Positions 27,095 through 41,234 of a stretch of 64,000 nucleotides of DNA are shown here, piece by piece; within the stretch, counting starts at the first letter, position 1, and each line of letters begins with the position of its first letter. A program made the position numbers and the translations under genes. The DNA lies in the NCBI GenBank assembly GCA_964016885.1, contig OZ024740.1, forward strand, positions 173,476,001-173,540,000, read 5' to 3'. Origin of the DNA: Eledone cirrhosa. Its lineage: Eukaryota. A model generated the notes under the pieces. That model was not told the origin of the DNA. It ran no database searches and worked only from the letters and a program-made list of their open reading frames with translations.

Positions 27095-27269
27095 TGTTTC
27101 TACTTTTGGCACAAGGCCAGCAATTACCCAGTGCATTACTGGTACTTTATTTTATCGACCCCGTAAGGATGAAAGCAAAGTTAACCTCAGCAGGATTTGA
27201 ACTCAGAATGCAAGGACCGTAACTCTATGCGTCAAAGCATGGCGTTCGACCCTCTACCGATACTGCCAA
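27095..27269 (-). mobile_element. Young tRNA-derived SINE with 10-bp TSD
   Basis: Same family as 18215; ATAAAATAAT at 27085-27094 and 27270-27279. Confidence 0.9.
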
Positions 27270-28374
27270 ATAAAATAATGATTAAAGGCCTCACTTTGAA
27301 TGACAATTTTAGAGCATTTCAAATATATCTTTCAATGAAAGAGTACAGAGCAATATAAAGGTAGGTCTATTAGATATAAAAAGAATAGAAATGATAATTT
27401 ATATAGATATAATTCTACAGATTATACCATCAAGCTAATTCTTCAATATTACAATCACATTTGTGTCATAAAACCTGTTCAACCATCAATCATTGCAGAA
27501 GATTCTTCGTCTCAGTTACATGTAATTTATTATTGAGCACATAACACCAGCAAAATAAATGCATAATAATAATACTAACAATGACAACCAAAACTAATTT
27601 CCAAAATGGCTCCACTTTTCCTGCAATCTGTTTAATAGTATATTGAAAAACTTCTAGATTAGGTACATTAACATGTTTAGTCTTCTAAATTTTGCGTCAA
27701 TTCCATTAAGTCTATTACAAAAAGGAAAATTGACTATTCAGAAAAGTACCTTCACACTTATACCAGCTATCAGTGTCATAAATAATATTCATAAAAAATG
27801 TATAATATATAGATTATGTGTATACATTATAAAATATATATTGTTTCAAAGTAATGTATAAACATAGGCTTCAGTCATTAAACTGGGGCTATAACTTTAA
27901 AGTATTTACACTGGTATACACAAATTTAAGATATTTACACTGGTTATATATAAATATATATATTATTCATAAAAATCTAATACAACAGCTATAAATTATT
28001 TATATTTATATGTGTGTGTGTGTGCATGCACATGTGCACAACAGCTAAGAGGTTTGCTTCACACCTACATAATTCCACAGACAATTATCTTCTGTAGCCT
28101 TAAGTTCTGGGGGGGAACTTGGTAGATGGAAACTGTGCAAAAGCCATTGTGGGTGGATGGTGTGTGCATCTGTCTGTGTGTGTGTGTTTGACATGAGTTA
28201 AAACTGGATCAAAAGATAACTTAGCCACCTGATAAATGAAGATCAATAAAATATGTACCAGATTGAATTAAGTACTAGGTTTGATATGATTGTCTAAAAA
28301 CCCTTGAAAATGGTGCCCTAGCAGAATTAAATGTTAAAGTCTGTCCCAAGCCCAGAGATTCATCAGACTGGAAT

Positions 28375-28597
28375 TTATTCCAGTTTCATTGTATTAAGTG
28401 ATTGAGAGTACAATACTTCCCTCTGGCCAGAATGCCAGTCCATCACAAAGTTAATCCCCAGCTGCTGATGGTCTTCATTTTCAGTGGAGTTAACTGGAGT
28501 AATGTTAAATGAAGAATACAACATACTGTATGGCCCAAGAATTGAATCCATAACCATCTGATTCTGAGCCGAACACTAATCACTCAGACACATGCCA
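28375..28597 (-). mobile_element. Old tRNA-derived SINE
   Basis: Collinear with 10240-10461 (CCAGTCCATCACAA.GTTAA); head GGCATGTGTCTGAGTGATTAG..GGATTCAATTC. Confidence 0.6.
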
Positions 28598-29864
28598 GCA
28601 TATATAGCAACTATATACATACAATTTTATAATACTCTGACTTGACTATCAAATATAGTAAAAACCTTAAGTATATTGCATATTAAACTGTAAGTCTAGT
28701 CAAATCCTTGCCAGCATGACATAGTGGATAAAGTAACAATAATGATGATTTTTACAAAATAATTCTTTATATGTTGTGTTTTTTAAATATATTTACTATA
28801 AATCAATTCATCTTTTAAGCTCTGATCAGAAAATATTTCATGACAATTAAAAGTTGCAAAATAACTGAGGCCTTCGGGTTTTGATAGCATAGGATATATA
28901 TAGGACATGAACATCTTGGCAGTTTGTTATTCCAACTCCAGAAAATTATTTAAGGATTTCAATTTGAAGAAATATTCAACCCATGCTAAGGTGGTAAATT
29001 GGCAGAAGTGATAAAGCATTGGACGAGATGCTTTACAGCATTTGTTCCAGTTCTTGATGCAAGCATTCAGATCAGGTCTCCAGTTTGATACCTTCCAAAC
29101 TTCCTCACAACTGTCCCAGAAGCTATAAAAGGAGTTATGGAAACTGCCTTTCCTTCCTTCACTAAACAGTATTAAGAAAAACAAAGTCAATGGTATTTTT
29201 TAAAACACTACAAATAGACGTATCAAAATTAATACAAGTGTCATTTGTTTAGGTACATACTAGTTCAATTATGATTAATTTCAGTTTAATAGTTGTATAT
29301 AAAAGAATGCTTCTTGAATAATACTGAACATTTCAGGAATTTAATATCAGCTAATGACAGCTAACTTAAGTTGCATGCAGGTCACTTGGTTCAATGGCTA
29401 TGGATGAAAGTGTATGCCAACAACTGTGCATGAATAAATACTGTTTCAAGCATTCACACTAAGGAAATGAGCTGCTGGAAGATCCATGAAGTAATGGTTA
29501 CTATTTTAGTAGTTTGCCATTTGGGAATTATAACAGATGTCTCCAGTGATATGCTTAGTGTATAATCATTACATAGGTGATAATAATACGTATACAAAAC
29601 AATAAAAAAAAAAAGACAAAGGTTAATTTCCACACAATCTGAGTGAGAAACCTCACAAACAAAAAAATACACATACAAACACACACACACACAATGAGTC
29701 AACATGACAACCTAATGGACATATAATTTCTCTCCCTCTCTCTTGTTCTTTTAACACCTTTGTAAAGGAGTATTTTTCCCCAAATTTCAGGACTAATTAG
29801 ATGTTTTTAAGGTAACATTTCAATATATTTGTTATTGCTATTATTGATATTTAATGTTCGATTA

Positions 29865-30060
29865 TCATCATCACCATTTAACATCTATTTTCCACATGTG
29901 CATGGGTTGGACAGGTTATCATGTTATGACATAAACCAAGTCAAGTGACAATGTCTGACTCATAAGGAATTGTTTCTGGCTTGGTTTCTACAGCTGGATA
30001 CCCTTCCTAAAACCAACCACATTACAGTGTAGACTGGGTGCTTTTTGTTATGTCACCAGA
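29865..30060 (-). mobile_element. Non-autonomous RTE-tailed short element
   Basis: (TCA)n, TGCATGGGTTGGAC and GTTTCTACAGCTGGATACCCTTCCTAAAACCAACCAC. Confidence 0.75.
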
Positions 30061-30704
30061 CAAAACTGTATGTTACACACACACATGTATGTGTGTGGTG
30101 TGTGTGAATGTGGAATTTTCTTTTTAACACTCAAACTGACTGTTTAATTCTTAAATTATTAAAGAGAGTAGCCATATTATAATATACTTCCAAAGGAAAT
30201 ATTATAGAATATATTATTTTGTATTCATTTGGACAAAATTAGAAACATTTCAGTTAGTAGTTAGATACTAAATTCATACAGCTACTTGGCTGAGGAAGAT
30301 ATTGCACACTTACACTATCAGCTTGTCTTTGAGTGTCTTTAAAGAAAGGAGACCAGTCTATTGCAAGCATTCATGTCAGATCTTCAGTCCAATTCTATAT
30401 AAACTGAAGTCTATTTTACAAAATATCTGAATTATCATAATCATCATTGTGATCATGGAATACAATAAACAGACATAACAACAATGCTAGAGTTAATAAC
30501 AACACACTAAAAAGAATAGCGTTTTAGTTGTTTTGTTCAGTTTGACACCACCATATCGAATGCTTTAAGCAGAGTCTATTCTGTTCTAAGTATTTAAGAC
30601 AGGTCTGCAGTTGGAGGATATCTTCCTCTCTCATTCTCTCCAACTAGTCTCAGGGTCTCTTTCTCTTGACTAAGTGATAAAGCGCATACATACATACATA
30701 CATA

Positions 30705-30802
30705 CAGAGTGTTCCAAAAAATGTATACATACTTTGATTACCTATAAAGGCCATATTTATTAGAATGCACAGCCTTTGTGTATACATTTTTGGGACACCC
30801 TG
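30705..30802. mobile_element. Tc1/mariner-type MITE, 98 bp
   Basis: TA|CAGAGTGTTCCAAAAAATGTATACA .. TGTATACATTTTTGGGACACCCTG|TA. Confidence 0.85.
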
Positions 30803-31202
30803 TATATATATATACAGAAATAACAATGTTTTCTCATATCATGTCTTACAGCTTTAAGTAAAATGTTCTGAGATACATGACAGGTGTTGCTATTACCAAC
30901 TGAAATCTCACCAGATGAATCACCAACTGTAGCCTTCTCTAACACTTGTACATTGCTAAACACACCACACCCTTTGCAAAAACCCAGTCAAAGTAATTAT
31001 TAACTTGTTATAAACTGAATTTACTCATCGAGTCTTATCTCCAATTGCAATTATCGACCAAACTGAACAAATACATGATCTATTTCTCTATTTTAACAAA
31101 GTAACAAAACAGAATATACCAATAAAAATAAACAATGACAGATGTTACACATTGTCTTTGACATAGAAACAACCAGAAAACTTCATTTTTCTACTAACTT
31201 AA

Positions 31203-31423
31203 CCCTTTCAATGACTACATTTCTAATGAAATGCACTCTAATTTATTAATGAAGAATTTTGAGGGATTTACTAAAATTATTTCATTACTAAGATAGTAAA
31301 TTAATATAAGGTTTTTATATAAGATTATGTTGGAAGATTTTATTTGAAATTAGAAACCTTTAAAATGGGTAGTTTTATTTCATAGAACCAGAGCTGGTTT
31401 TGGTCGGATTGGTAACTAAAGGG
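31203..31423. mobile_element. piggyBac-like MITE
   Basis: TTAA|CCCTTT..AAAGGG|TTAA. Confidence 0.8.
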
Positions 31424-32291
31424 TTAAGTGTACAATACAGAAAATAAACATACATTAAAAATGTTTAAATGAAGTTCTTGGGAAATTAAATATAATAACA
31501 AACTGTTAAAAAAAAATAGGCCACTCACTATATTATCAAATAATGACCAAGTCACAACTTCATGCACATGCCAAAACAGGATATCTGACAACTCATTCTA
31601 TTGTTTGCAGCTGAGTCTGAGCAGCTTCATATATTTGTGTATGTACTATGTTCATTGTTTACTTGATATTGTTTGTCTAGACATTACAAAACCATTATTC
31701 CAAGAATAAGTAGTTTAACTCTGAAACAATTAGGTGATGTGCCTGAAAAATACATTTGTTTAATGACTTTTGAAGCTGCACGCAGTAAAATGTTATCAAT
31801 GCAACCATTTTGTAAAAATGAACTATTACAATTGTGGTTTAAAAAGAGCAGTCTTTCCATTTTGTTTTGGCTATAATATTGTATTCTTCAACTGATAAAG
31901 TCTTCTCTGATGCATTTTGTCTGTGAGAAGATACATTCTTGGCTAATTAAATGAAGTTGAGGTTTTTTTATGTAACAAGAGCTCACTATAAAATCACTAT
32001 TCTCATTTTGAAGTGATATGTACTCACTTTGAATTGATATCTCCTCACTTAGAATTACATATACTGTAGTATTATGTGAGTATTTCTTTTTCCTTTATTA
32101 TCCTAGTGATAACCGTTATCTAAATCCCAACTTCCACAGTCAGAAAACATACTTCGTGGGTAGGTGTGGGGGGGGGGGGGGGGTATAAGTATCAGATCTA
32201 CATCAGTTTCAACACGTAGTCAGTTCTTCAATCAACTGAACTACCTACTCATTGAATAAGCATGTAAGTGGCTGAATATTCCACAAACACA

Positions 32292-32693
32292 AGCATGGCT
32301 GAATGGTTAAGAAGTTCACTTTGTAATCATGAGGTCCTGGGTTCAATACCACATCGTGAGTTTAATTGGGTGGACAGAAACTGTGTGGAAGCCCATCAGA
32401 TGGATTGTATTTGTAAATTCAAAGGCCCAACCTTGTAAGATGTCATGTCAACCTAATTCTAATTGAATATTCAACACTGTAAACGTCTTGCCTCAAGTGG
32501 GACAATTCCCGTCTAAACCCATGCTAGCGTGGAAGATAGATGTTAAACGATGATGATGATGATGATGCTAAGGGCACACATGTCTGAGGAACACACAACC
32601 CTTTATGCTTTAATTCACAAGTTGGATAATCAGGTGATTAAATGACTGAATGCTCATTGTCAAAACTGATATAGGACGCATCCTTATCATTCC
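32292..32693 (+). mobile_element. tRNA-derived SINE with a nested RTE-type tail at about 32460-32567
   Basis: GCATGGCTGAATGGTTAAG A box, GGGTTCAATACC B box; related to 35793-36300; an inverted 3' segment of the same family precedes it at about 32190-32290. Confidence 0.65.
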
Positions 32694-33331
32694 TGGCACA
32701 CATGTACCAGAAGCATAATCCTCAGGTAGAATATGTGAACACATTTTGTGACCAAGCTATACTTTTGAATTACAGGAACAGTCCATGTGATAGGCTTCCA
32801 CACATTTTCTGTCTACCTACTTTCCCTTACAAGAATGACTATAACTTTGAAAGTTTTTCCAGTAAGATATGTTGTTTTGCAAACCATTTCATTAATATAA
32901 ATGACAAAAATCTCTTTGTGAATCAATGTTTAGAAGCCTGCATTAAGCAATGATCAACTTACAATGCCTAATAACCATTACTAACAGCAACAAACAATTG
33001 TTTGATATATTTTATGCATGACAATGACCTGAAATCTATAGGATTTATTTATTTGTTCTATTTGCAAGAAGATTTTTTTTATAATATACAAGGTAATGTA
33101 TGACAATAAAGTAATATGTATAAGAGTGTGTATGTGTGTGTGCTGGGTTGTTGATTTATAGGTATAAAAATAACAACAAACATTTACTGATGGGGTGACT
33201 TGATACATGTTGCAGAGTCATATATACTACTTGTATCTTGGTTGGCTGGTACTCAAGTTTCAGAGAGCCAACTGCTAATTCATCCAGACTGTATGAATTA
33301 ACAAAACTGAAGCATCAGTCAAACAAGATAC

Positions 33332-33334
<3 letters not shown>

Positions 33335-33385
<51 letters not shown>
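33335..33385. repeat. (TA)n microsatellite
   Basis: Direct reading. Confidence 0.95.
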
Positions 33386-33388
<3 letters not shown>

Positions 33389-33480
33389 GAGATTATATTT
33401 AATTTGTTGGGATTCAACAAGCTTACAAATTTTTATAACTGATATAAAGGTTGTCTTTTTTTCCGGGTATATCAATATTT

Positions 33481-33581
33481 ATTTATAAAACAAATCTGTA
33501 TTTTATCCGATGAAAGTGCACCATAATTTGCCTTGGTTGCCCTTGAAATATGTATAATAAAATAAATATGGTTTTATAAAT
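33481..33581 (+). ncRNA. Degenerate hammerhead-like motif with long stem I
   Basis: tattttat CCGATGA aagtgcacc..ggttgccctt GAAA tatgta TA ataaaata; core has C in place of U4. Confidence 0.4.
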
Positions 33582-34602
33582 ATAATTTCCATTTATTAAT
33601 ATATTGTATATATAGAAATATATATATTCATAGACTAATGGGAAGAACTCAATGCAAGGAAGCCATTAAAACAGAAAAATATCATCAATGACAGCATTGG
33701 GTAAAATTTACTTCAAAGGACAGAAATCAGCAGCTAGAAGTGTGTTGGCCCACAGAAGTGATAGGAAGAAAGAAGAAAAGGAAGAAAATGGACGAGAGAA
33801 GATCACACAAACATTTAAATACACTCATCATCTTTTAGACCACCTGTGGTTTTGACGATTTTATTAAAAGTAGCATGTAAAATAGACGGCTTGTACAACA
33901 GTGAAATATTTCTGTTGGTATGATGTTTGTGTGAGGAATGAACAGATTAGATTGACAGACAGACAGGTCTGAAAGAGAGAAAAATAAAATGTGTCCATAC
34001 TGCATCAGGTTGCTGTAAGAAAAGACAAGAATAAAGACTGACTGCAGAACAGCGACCCATTGTGCTTATGTAGTTGTAGGTTGAATGAAACTCTCAATGG
34101 CCCCACCCTTGATCCAGTATAACAACCAAGATGTAACAGATAAAAAGAGAGAGGCCTACACCAGAACTAGAATGGTACTTCATCAACCTCAATAGGATGA
34201 AAGGCAAAATAGACTACAGCAGGATTTGAACTTATAGAACAGAGAGTCAGTTAAATATTGCAATGCATTCTATTTAACACTCCAATGACTCTGCCAATCA
34301 ACCACCTTTATGTATATTTGTCAATAAAAAAAATGTTACCTAACCCACCCATTAACTGTTCCTCTTTAGTAACTAGTTTACCATCACTGTAGACACCCAC
34401 ACTCTACCCAGGATTACCACCACCCCTTCCCATTCTTTCATCATACAGTCAAACTTACCACACCAGTCTTATACTCATGACATCAAACATTTCACTTACT
34501 TGTAATATACTTAGCATCATTCTAACCTCTACCATCCTATTCTCAACCTACAACCCCATTCCTCATCAAGTAGGGAGGTACCTTCAGTCAAGTCTATGAC
34601 CA

Positions 34603-35140
34603 ACAACCTACCTAGTGCTGGTGGCATAATAAAATGTACCTTGCACACTCTAGAAAGTGGTTGGAGTTAGGAAGGGCTTCTAACTATAAAAACCATGCAA
34701 AAAATGGTTGAGAGGATCTTCCTGTCATGACATGACAACCTCTCTAGTACTAGTGCCATGAGAAATATAAGGTGATTGATGGTGGGAAGGGCATCCGGCA
34801 ATAGAAACCATGACAAAAATGGGGCAAGATGTTTTGTCAATTGTGTCAAAGGCACAACCTCTCTAGTGTTGATGATATATACAATAAATGCACCCAGTAC
34901 ACACTATAAAGTGGTTGATTATAGAAATGGTATCCAGCTGTAGAAAACCTACCAAACAAAAGGTTGGAAAGATTCTTCAGTTGCGTTAAAGATATATCAA
35001 GTGCTGATGCACTTGATAGAGTGCAGGAATTTATGTAAGCCAGATATGCCCCCACCCAGCTCTGATTAACTACTGACTTGGTTTGTGATGACCAGTCCAA
35101 ACCTTGTTAGCAGATAAAACAGACAGTAAATGATGATGAC
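34603..35140 (+). mobile_element. Multimeric RTE-tailed non-autonomous element (three head units, one tail)
   Basis: ACAACCT..CTAGT..GG(A)AGGGC..AAACC units start near 34603, 34734 and 34854; the tail ends AAATGATGATGA. Confidence 0.7.
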
Positions 35141-35792
35141 ATACTGAAGTGATTGTTTTAAATACCAGTGTGCTTAAAATGTTCAAACACTAACTGAATG
35201 AGTACTCAATACATAAGAGTAGAGTTAAGGTATATTTTCTGAAGAAATGGGTGACAGTGATTTATTGCTTCATATGGCAGCTAGATGAAGTAAAGTGTGT
35301 CTGTGAATATGCGTTTTAAAAAATATCTAAATAATGGAGCATTTTTCATGGCAAAGTTGTACACAAACCTACTCGATCATTGTTCAACAGGATATTCAGC
35401 AAGTTAACCATCTAAGATTTTAATTGTCTATTTTTAAAATATTTTAATTATTTTCCTTTGCTAATGGATAAATGTAATTATGACAACCAATTCCATTTAG
35501 GAAAGAATAGTGATTTGAATACTTTCAAATTAAAGATTATGAATCTCAATAAATTGTGGCTTCTAATTGAATTGATTTCTAATCAAACTCATTGAAAAAG
35601 TAATCACTGAAAAAGCAACTGACCTTAACACATTTTCTTTTTGCCTGTTTTTCTAACAAATAAATTGACCTCTAACTCATATCTACTAGTATTCAATGTA
35701 TTTCATGTTAAAATACATTTAAATACTACAATATGTAGAAATATTAAATGTTTTCAAATAGAGATATTAGTTTCCTAATTTGATGAACTGAA

Positions 35793-36300
35793 ACATGGCT
35801 GAATGATTAAGAAGTTCTCTTTATAATCATGGAGGCACAGGTTCAATTCCACTGTATGGCATCATGCACGAGTGACCTTATCATAGCTTTGGATTGGCTC
35901 AAGTATTGGGAGTGAAATTGTCTGTCGGGGCTGTGGGGAGGCCAGCACGTGGGACCCCATTTGCTCACCATACGGATTAATAGGCAAAATTATTTAGTGC
36001 TGAACAGTGAACACAGTAGAGCAAAGTATCATCATCATCATCATAGGCTGTTTGTCGATATCGACAATGACTGTCTATCATGAATTGTAGTATGAAAAGT
36101 GGATTGCTTTTTCCCCCACAAGTTTTTGTCCTGAGCCAATATGAATCAGATGGATTGTACCTGATTCTGCCTGAGAATTTATATTAGGGGTACAGGTATT
36201 TGTCTAATACTCAACCACTTACACATTAATTCAAAAGTCAGATGTTCAGTTGATCAAACAAATGAATGATCATTGTCAGAATTAATAGAGGATACATCAT
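35793..36300 (+). mobile_element. tRNA-derived SINE, composite and degenerate
   Basis: CATGGCTGAATGATTAAGAAGTTC..GGTTCAATTCC head; 3' part similar to 32570-32693. Confidence 0.6.
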
Positions 36301-36689
36301 TTTAGATCACAGCCAGTCATGCAAATGTTTTGTGCTCCCAACAAACAAAATATTGAATGCATTATTCCAAAGAATGATGAAGCAAATAGACTGAAGGACT
36401 CATTCCACGTCATAGGGTTCATTCCAACAGTGAAATTAAGTAGGGAAGAGGGGCTGTTATCCCAGGACACCAGATGTTTCTGTTATATGTTCAAGAAAAC
36501 TATTGAAGAGCAACCAATGCTTTTAAATTAGTTTTAAAAAAAAAAAAAAAAGCAGTGTGTGTGTGTGGATGTGTGTGTGCATGCACGCACGCATGTACGC
36601 ATGCATAAATGTTTTCAGCAAATCTTCCCTGCAGAAATTCTGTAAAATTAAAAAACAAACCTATTTAAAATAGTTAAATGAAAGTTTTA

Positions 36690-37310
36690 ATATTCTGGGA
36701 TGCAAATGACCTATCTATCTGTAACACGAATTTAAAAAAACATGAGAACCACTTAATCACCTATAGATCAGGGGAGCACGCCAGCCAGATAGATTCATTC
36801 TGAACAGAAAATGAAATAGAGTGAACACAAAGTCCCTCCCTAGTGAAGAATGCACCTCCCAACATAACTTAGTAGTTAGTGACCTTATAGTCAGGGCTAG
36901 AAGAACCCGGCAACAGAAGACAACCGAGAGGAGAAAAATATGGAAGTTAAAAGATCCATCAACCAGTTAAAAATGTAGAAGTATGTTGATTGATGCCTTC
37001 CACAGAAAGGAAGAGCAAATAGGAAGAGCAAATAGACATACAATATAGAGGATTAATGTGAGTTTTTGAAAGATAACCTACTAAAGGCGACAGATGAAAT
37101 CTGTGGTTGGAGTAGGTCTCTAAGGAGACGGAGAGTGACTTGGTGGTGGAATAGTAACGTAGATGATACAATTAAGGCCAAAAGATAGGCTTGGAAGAAT
37201 TGTCAAAATGGGGATAGTAGAGAAGTTTACCAGAATGTTAGGAGAGAAGCTAGGCCACAAGGTATACCTTGCAATAAAGGAAGAAGAAAACAAAAAATTC
37301 AAGCATGTTT
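36690..37310 (+). mobile_element. Old internal fragment of an RTE family A-related LINE (APE end and linker)
   Basis: GAAGAATGCACCTCCCAACATA, ATAGTCAGG and AAAATATGGAAG match 59065-59635. Confidence 0.85.
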
Positions 37311-38365
37311 TGTTTCTTGTTTCATACTCACTTCTTTCACCCCTTCACCTTAATTATTCTTCTGTTATCATCCACTTTTCTATTCACTCTCTTTGCCATG
37401 CTACCTTTAGTGAACAGAGACAATGTAGACTAGTGAGAACCCTTTAGTGTTGCAGAGTACAAAGCAGCCTTACTAATGCTTGAAAGTGGTTGATAAGCAA
37501 GTAAATGAAATATATTCAAAAAGGCCCTTTAGTTTTGCTGAAAATTTCTTTAATGATGGTGCCATAATAAAATAAACCCACTACACTCTATAAAATGGTT
37601 GGTGTTAAGAAGAGCAACAGGCCATAAAATCTATGCACAAAATGTAATTTTGACTCATTTAAGAGGATAATAACTGCCTTGAACCATGACAACTCACCTA
37701 ACTCATGCTAACATGGAAAACAGACATAAAATGATGAAGATTAATCCCAACTGTTGATCTTTTTAATTCCTAACTCATTACACTCTGAGTATAATAATTT
37801 TTGGTAAAAAGATGGGGAAAATTATGAAATATGAATTAAAAAAAGCTTTTCTTATTTTCTTTAACTGGGTTATAAAAACAGTTTTCTTTTCACACTTCTC
37901 CAATCAATAAAATTCTTTTTAACTATATCACCCACTTCTTATTTTTATCATTTAGTGACTTTATGAGTGAAATATTTTAAACTATGTCTATGTAACATAT
38001 ACACACACCATTGTGAGAATAGATCATTCACAAGAATTTAGCTCAATGTATATGATTGGCTATACTGGAGAAAAGGTTCAACAAATACAATTAACCTTCA
38101 GTATACCAGTTGGTCATTTAATTGGTATTTCATTCTAAGTCAGAAAGGATCTGCCTCATCATCACATTATTTGTGGCAACAGAAGTTTTAGGAAAGCTAA
38201 TGAATCTCATAATGGTTGCAACATTTTTCTCATAACATTTTTACCCACCTAACAACCACAAATCAAAAATACACATACACAGAAGTATGCATTTCATAAA
38301 AGGACCTAAACATCCAATCTGATTAATCGACAATGTATTAGCTATTTAGAAAATATTAATTTAAT

Positions 38366-38549
38366 CGGTGGATTGGCAGTATCGGTAAGGGTCGGACGCC
38401 ATGCTTTGAAGCATAGAGTTACCTCCCTTTATGATCTGAGTTCAAATCCCGCCGAGGTTAACTTTGCCTTTCATCCTTACGGGGTCGATAAAATAAAGTA
38501 CCAGTAATGCACTGGAATAATTGCTGGCCTTGTGCCAAAAGTAGAAACA
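38366..38549 (+). mobile_element. Full-length young tRNA-derived SINE with 11-bp TSD
   Basis: ATTAATTTAAT at 38355-38365 and 38550-38560; A and B boxes intact. Confidence 0.92.
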
Positions 38550-39693
38550 ATTAATTTAATGGCAATCATTTTTCAAATTCATTTCAACCTTCAAAAAACA
38601 ATGATAAACTTGCAGGGTCATTAGAGCATTGGATTAAATGCCTTGTGGTATTTGTTCCAGCTCTCTGTACTCTGAATTCAAAATCTTTTTCGAGTCAATG
38701 AATAAACTACCACTCTAAAGGCAGTGAATTAATAGCATTCTTAGAGCATCTGACAGAATACTTTGCAGTATATGTTCTAGGTAAATGCATTCTGAGTTCA
38801 AATCCCAGCTCTTATCACAGAAAAAATGGTGACATGACAGGTTAGGCTCTTATCATTAAAACGCTGAAAAGACCCCCTGTAAGATACAACCTAATAGGAT
38901 GCCAGTTAAACCTATTAAGTGTGAGTTATAAAAACAACAAAACAGTTAAACTCTTGATAATTATAAGCAAAATCTATTCTGAAATAAATTGAATAAGATG
39001 AGTACTAAGAATATCATGCTTAGTCAATTCAGTAGATGCATGTTTACATTATGTCAATTACTTCTCTGTTTATAATATAGTTAACCTGCAAAAAAAATGT
39101 TTAAATTTAGTGTCAAACTTCAAATGCCAGAAAAAAAATAATTGTAAGTGCATATATACACTCACAGCCAATTAAGTAACCATGAACCTGCAATAAATGG
39201 CAGGTTCCTCCTCATTATTTACCTTGAAAAATATATGCAGACAGATACTGTAATAGAATGGTGATCAAACTAATGACTATCTCTACCTATCCAATCGATA
39301 CATTCCAACAAATTTGTATCATCACTCCACCTATGAGACACCTGACAATGCTCCAATATATCATCAGCCCAATTGCTAGAACCAGTAAAATAGTAACATT
39401 TTGTCCCCAGAAGATATGTATTGGTCAATAAGATTGTAATTTTCAGACTATAAGTCATCATTAAACATGAAATGTTTGATAATACAACTACTATGTTGGT
39501 AACAGTTCCTTTTCATAGGCTGCTTGTATTAATGGCATAAGGTGAATAGTAACAACTATATCAACTGCAGGTTTAAATAAAACATGAGTATTATAATGTA
39601 AATAGATAGTTTACTTACAATGTGTTATTTTATTACTTTTATTGACACCTATATCTACACACCAGCAACAAATGCTAACAATATCACCTATAG

Positions 39694-39969
39694 CAGGGCT
39701 TCTCAGACTGTGGGTCACACAGCAGATCATGAAGAAACTACCATGCAACCAGCACGGATGTGCTACAGTTTGAGTTACTGTGTAAAAATAAGCAATTCCA
39801 TTCACCTCACTGAAAAAAGTCTTATTGTAATTTTTATTTTATAATTATTTGTTTCTAAATTTAGTTCCTGCCAAGCTACTATCTAGAACTATTTTGATAC
39901 AATATTAGTACTAAATGTCTTTACAACATCAGTGAAGGGTTATAAATGGAAAAGGTTTGAGAAGCTCTG
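39694..39969. mobile_element. hAT/Charlie-like MITE
   Basis: TIRs CAGGGCTTCTCAGACT / GGTTTGAGAAGCTCTG; partial 8-bp TSD ACCTATAG / TTCAATAG. Confidence 0.65.
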
Positions 39970-40708
39970 TTCAATAGCATTGCAAATATACCATTTTCAA
40001 TGATTAAAAGAAAAATCTAAAAAAACATAGCTACACAAATACAAAACAATAAAACAAAAAAGTGATGCTATGAGAGATTAAAACAATAGTAATAGAAACT
40101 GGCATATGCTGATAAGAATTTAACTAAGTATAAGATTTGGAATATACATTATAAAGCTATGAAAAAGGATATGTATTAAGGCCAGTAACTGCAGAATAAG
40201 TTGTATGTAAATATGGATCCACACTCCTGGTGGAGTCATAGGGTATACAGCATGTTTTGAGAAATTTAAACTTGGCAGAGCTCATCCCCTTCTCAGGTCT
40301 GAACACAGTCAATGCCTTTCACATAAGTAGAGAGAGTGATACAGAGGAAGTGAAAAAAAGATATAGAGCAAGAACTGACCCCATTATTCAACTGGTAGAT
40401 TTTTATTGAGCTTGAAAGGATGAAAGGCAACATTGACCTTGGCAAGTTTTGAACTCAAAGCTCAGGGAGCTGACATGAATACTGTGAAGCAATCTATCCA
40501 ATGTTCCAATGACTATCAATTTGCTGCCTATCCAGAATAAGTGAGATCACAGCAAATTACTGTTATATAAGGGAATGACCCCCTGAAAGAATTCAAACAA
40601 TTTTTTTTATCTCACTGCATAATTTTTGAAGTTAGCTTTTATGCTGTATGCATTAAATATGTTAACACTAAACTATTGTCATGTGAATAGCATCTAAGTA
40701 ATTTATTC

Positions 40709-41234
40709 TGTAGCGCTCTCTAGACAAGGGAAGTAGCTGGAGTTACTTCCCGTTGAAATTCCAGAACCTTCCTTGTAACTTCCGTCCAGGGAACTATAAA
40801 AGAGGGAGCTCAAAGTTATCTTTCTCTCTTTTCTCCTCTTGGCCGCCTGGCCTAGTAACGCCAGGCATGGTTACGCCAAAGGTATACTCTCTTTCTGGCA
40901 GTTTCTTCTGAAGCTGACAACACCGAGCACAAGCATGATAACATTCTTCGAATCACACTTCATGGTTCTGGACTATACCTTATAATGCTACGTAGGCATT
41001 TGTTTACTACACTTTTGTAATATGGACTACAAATAAATCAAGTTACTTTTGATATTCAATTGAGAAATTGTTACGCTTTAATCATTACCTTTTGTAGTGA
41101 GAGATGACTCACACGAGACACAAATTTGTAGGAAGATCTATCCTTTTTTCTTTCTTAAATTTAGTAGTTAGGTTCCGGTGGTACTTACTGGAGTGAGTAA
41201 CCCTGGGTCTAGCACTACTAAAATTCCTTCTACA
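40709..41234 (+). mobile_element. Probable solo LTR, 526 bp
   Basis: TGTAG..CTACA inverted termini, TATAAAA at 40795 followed by a CT-rich tract, AATAAA at 41032; more CpG than the flanks; no matching TSD. Confidence 0.65.
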
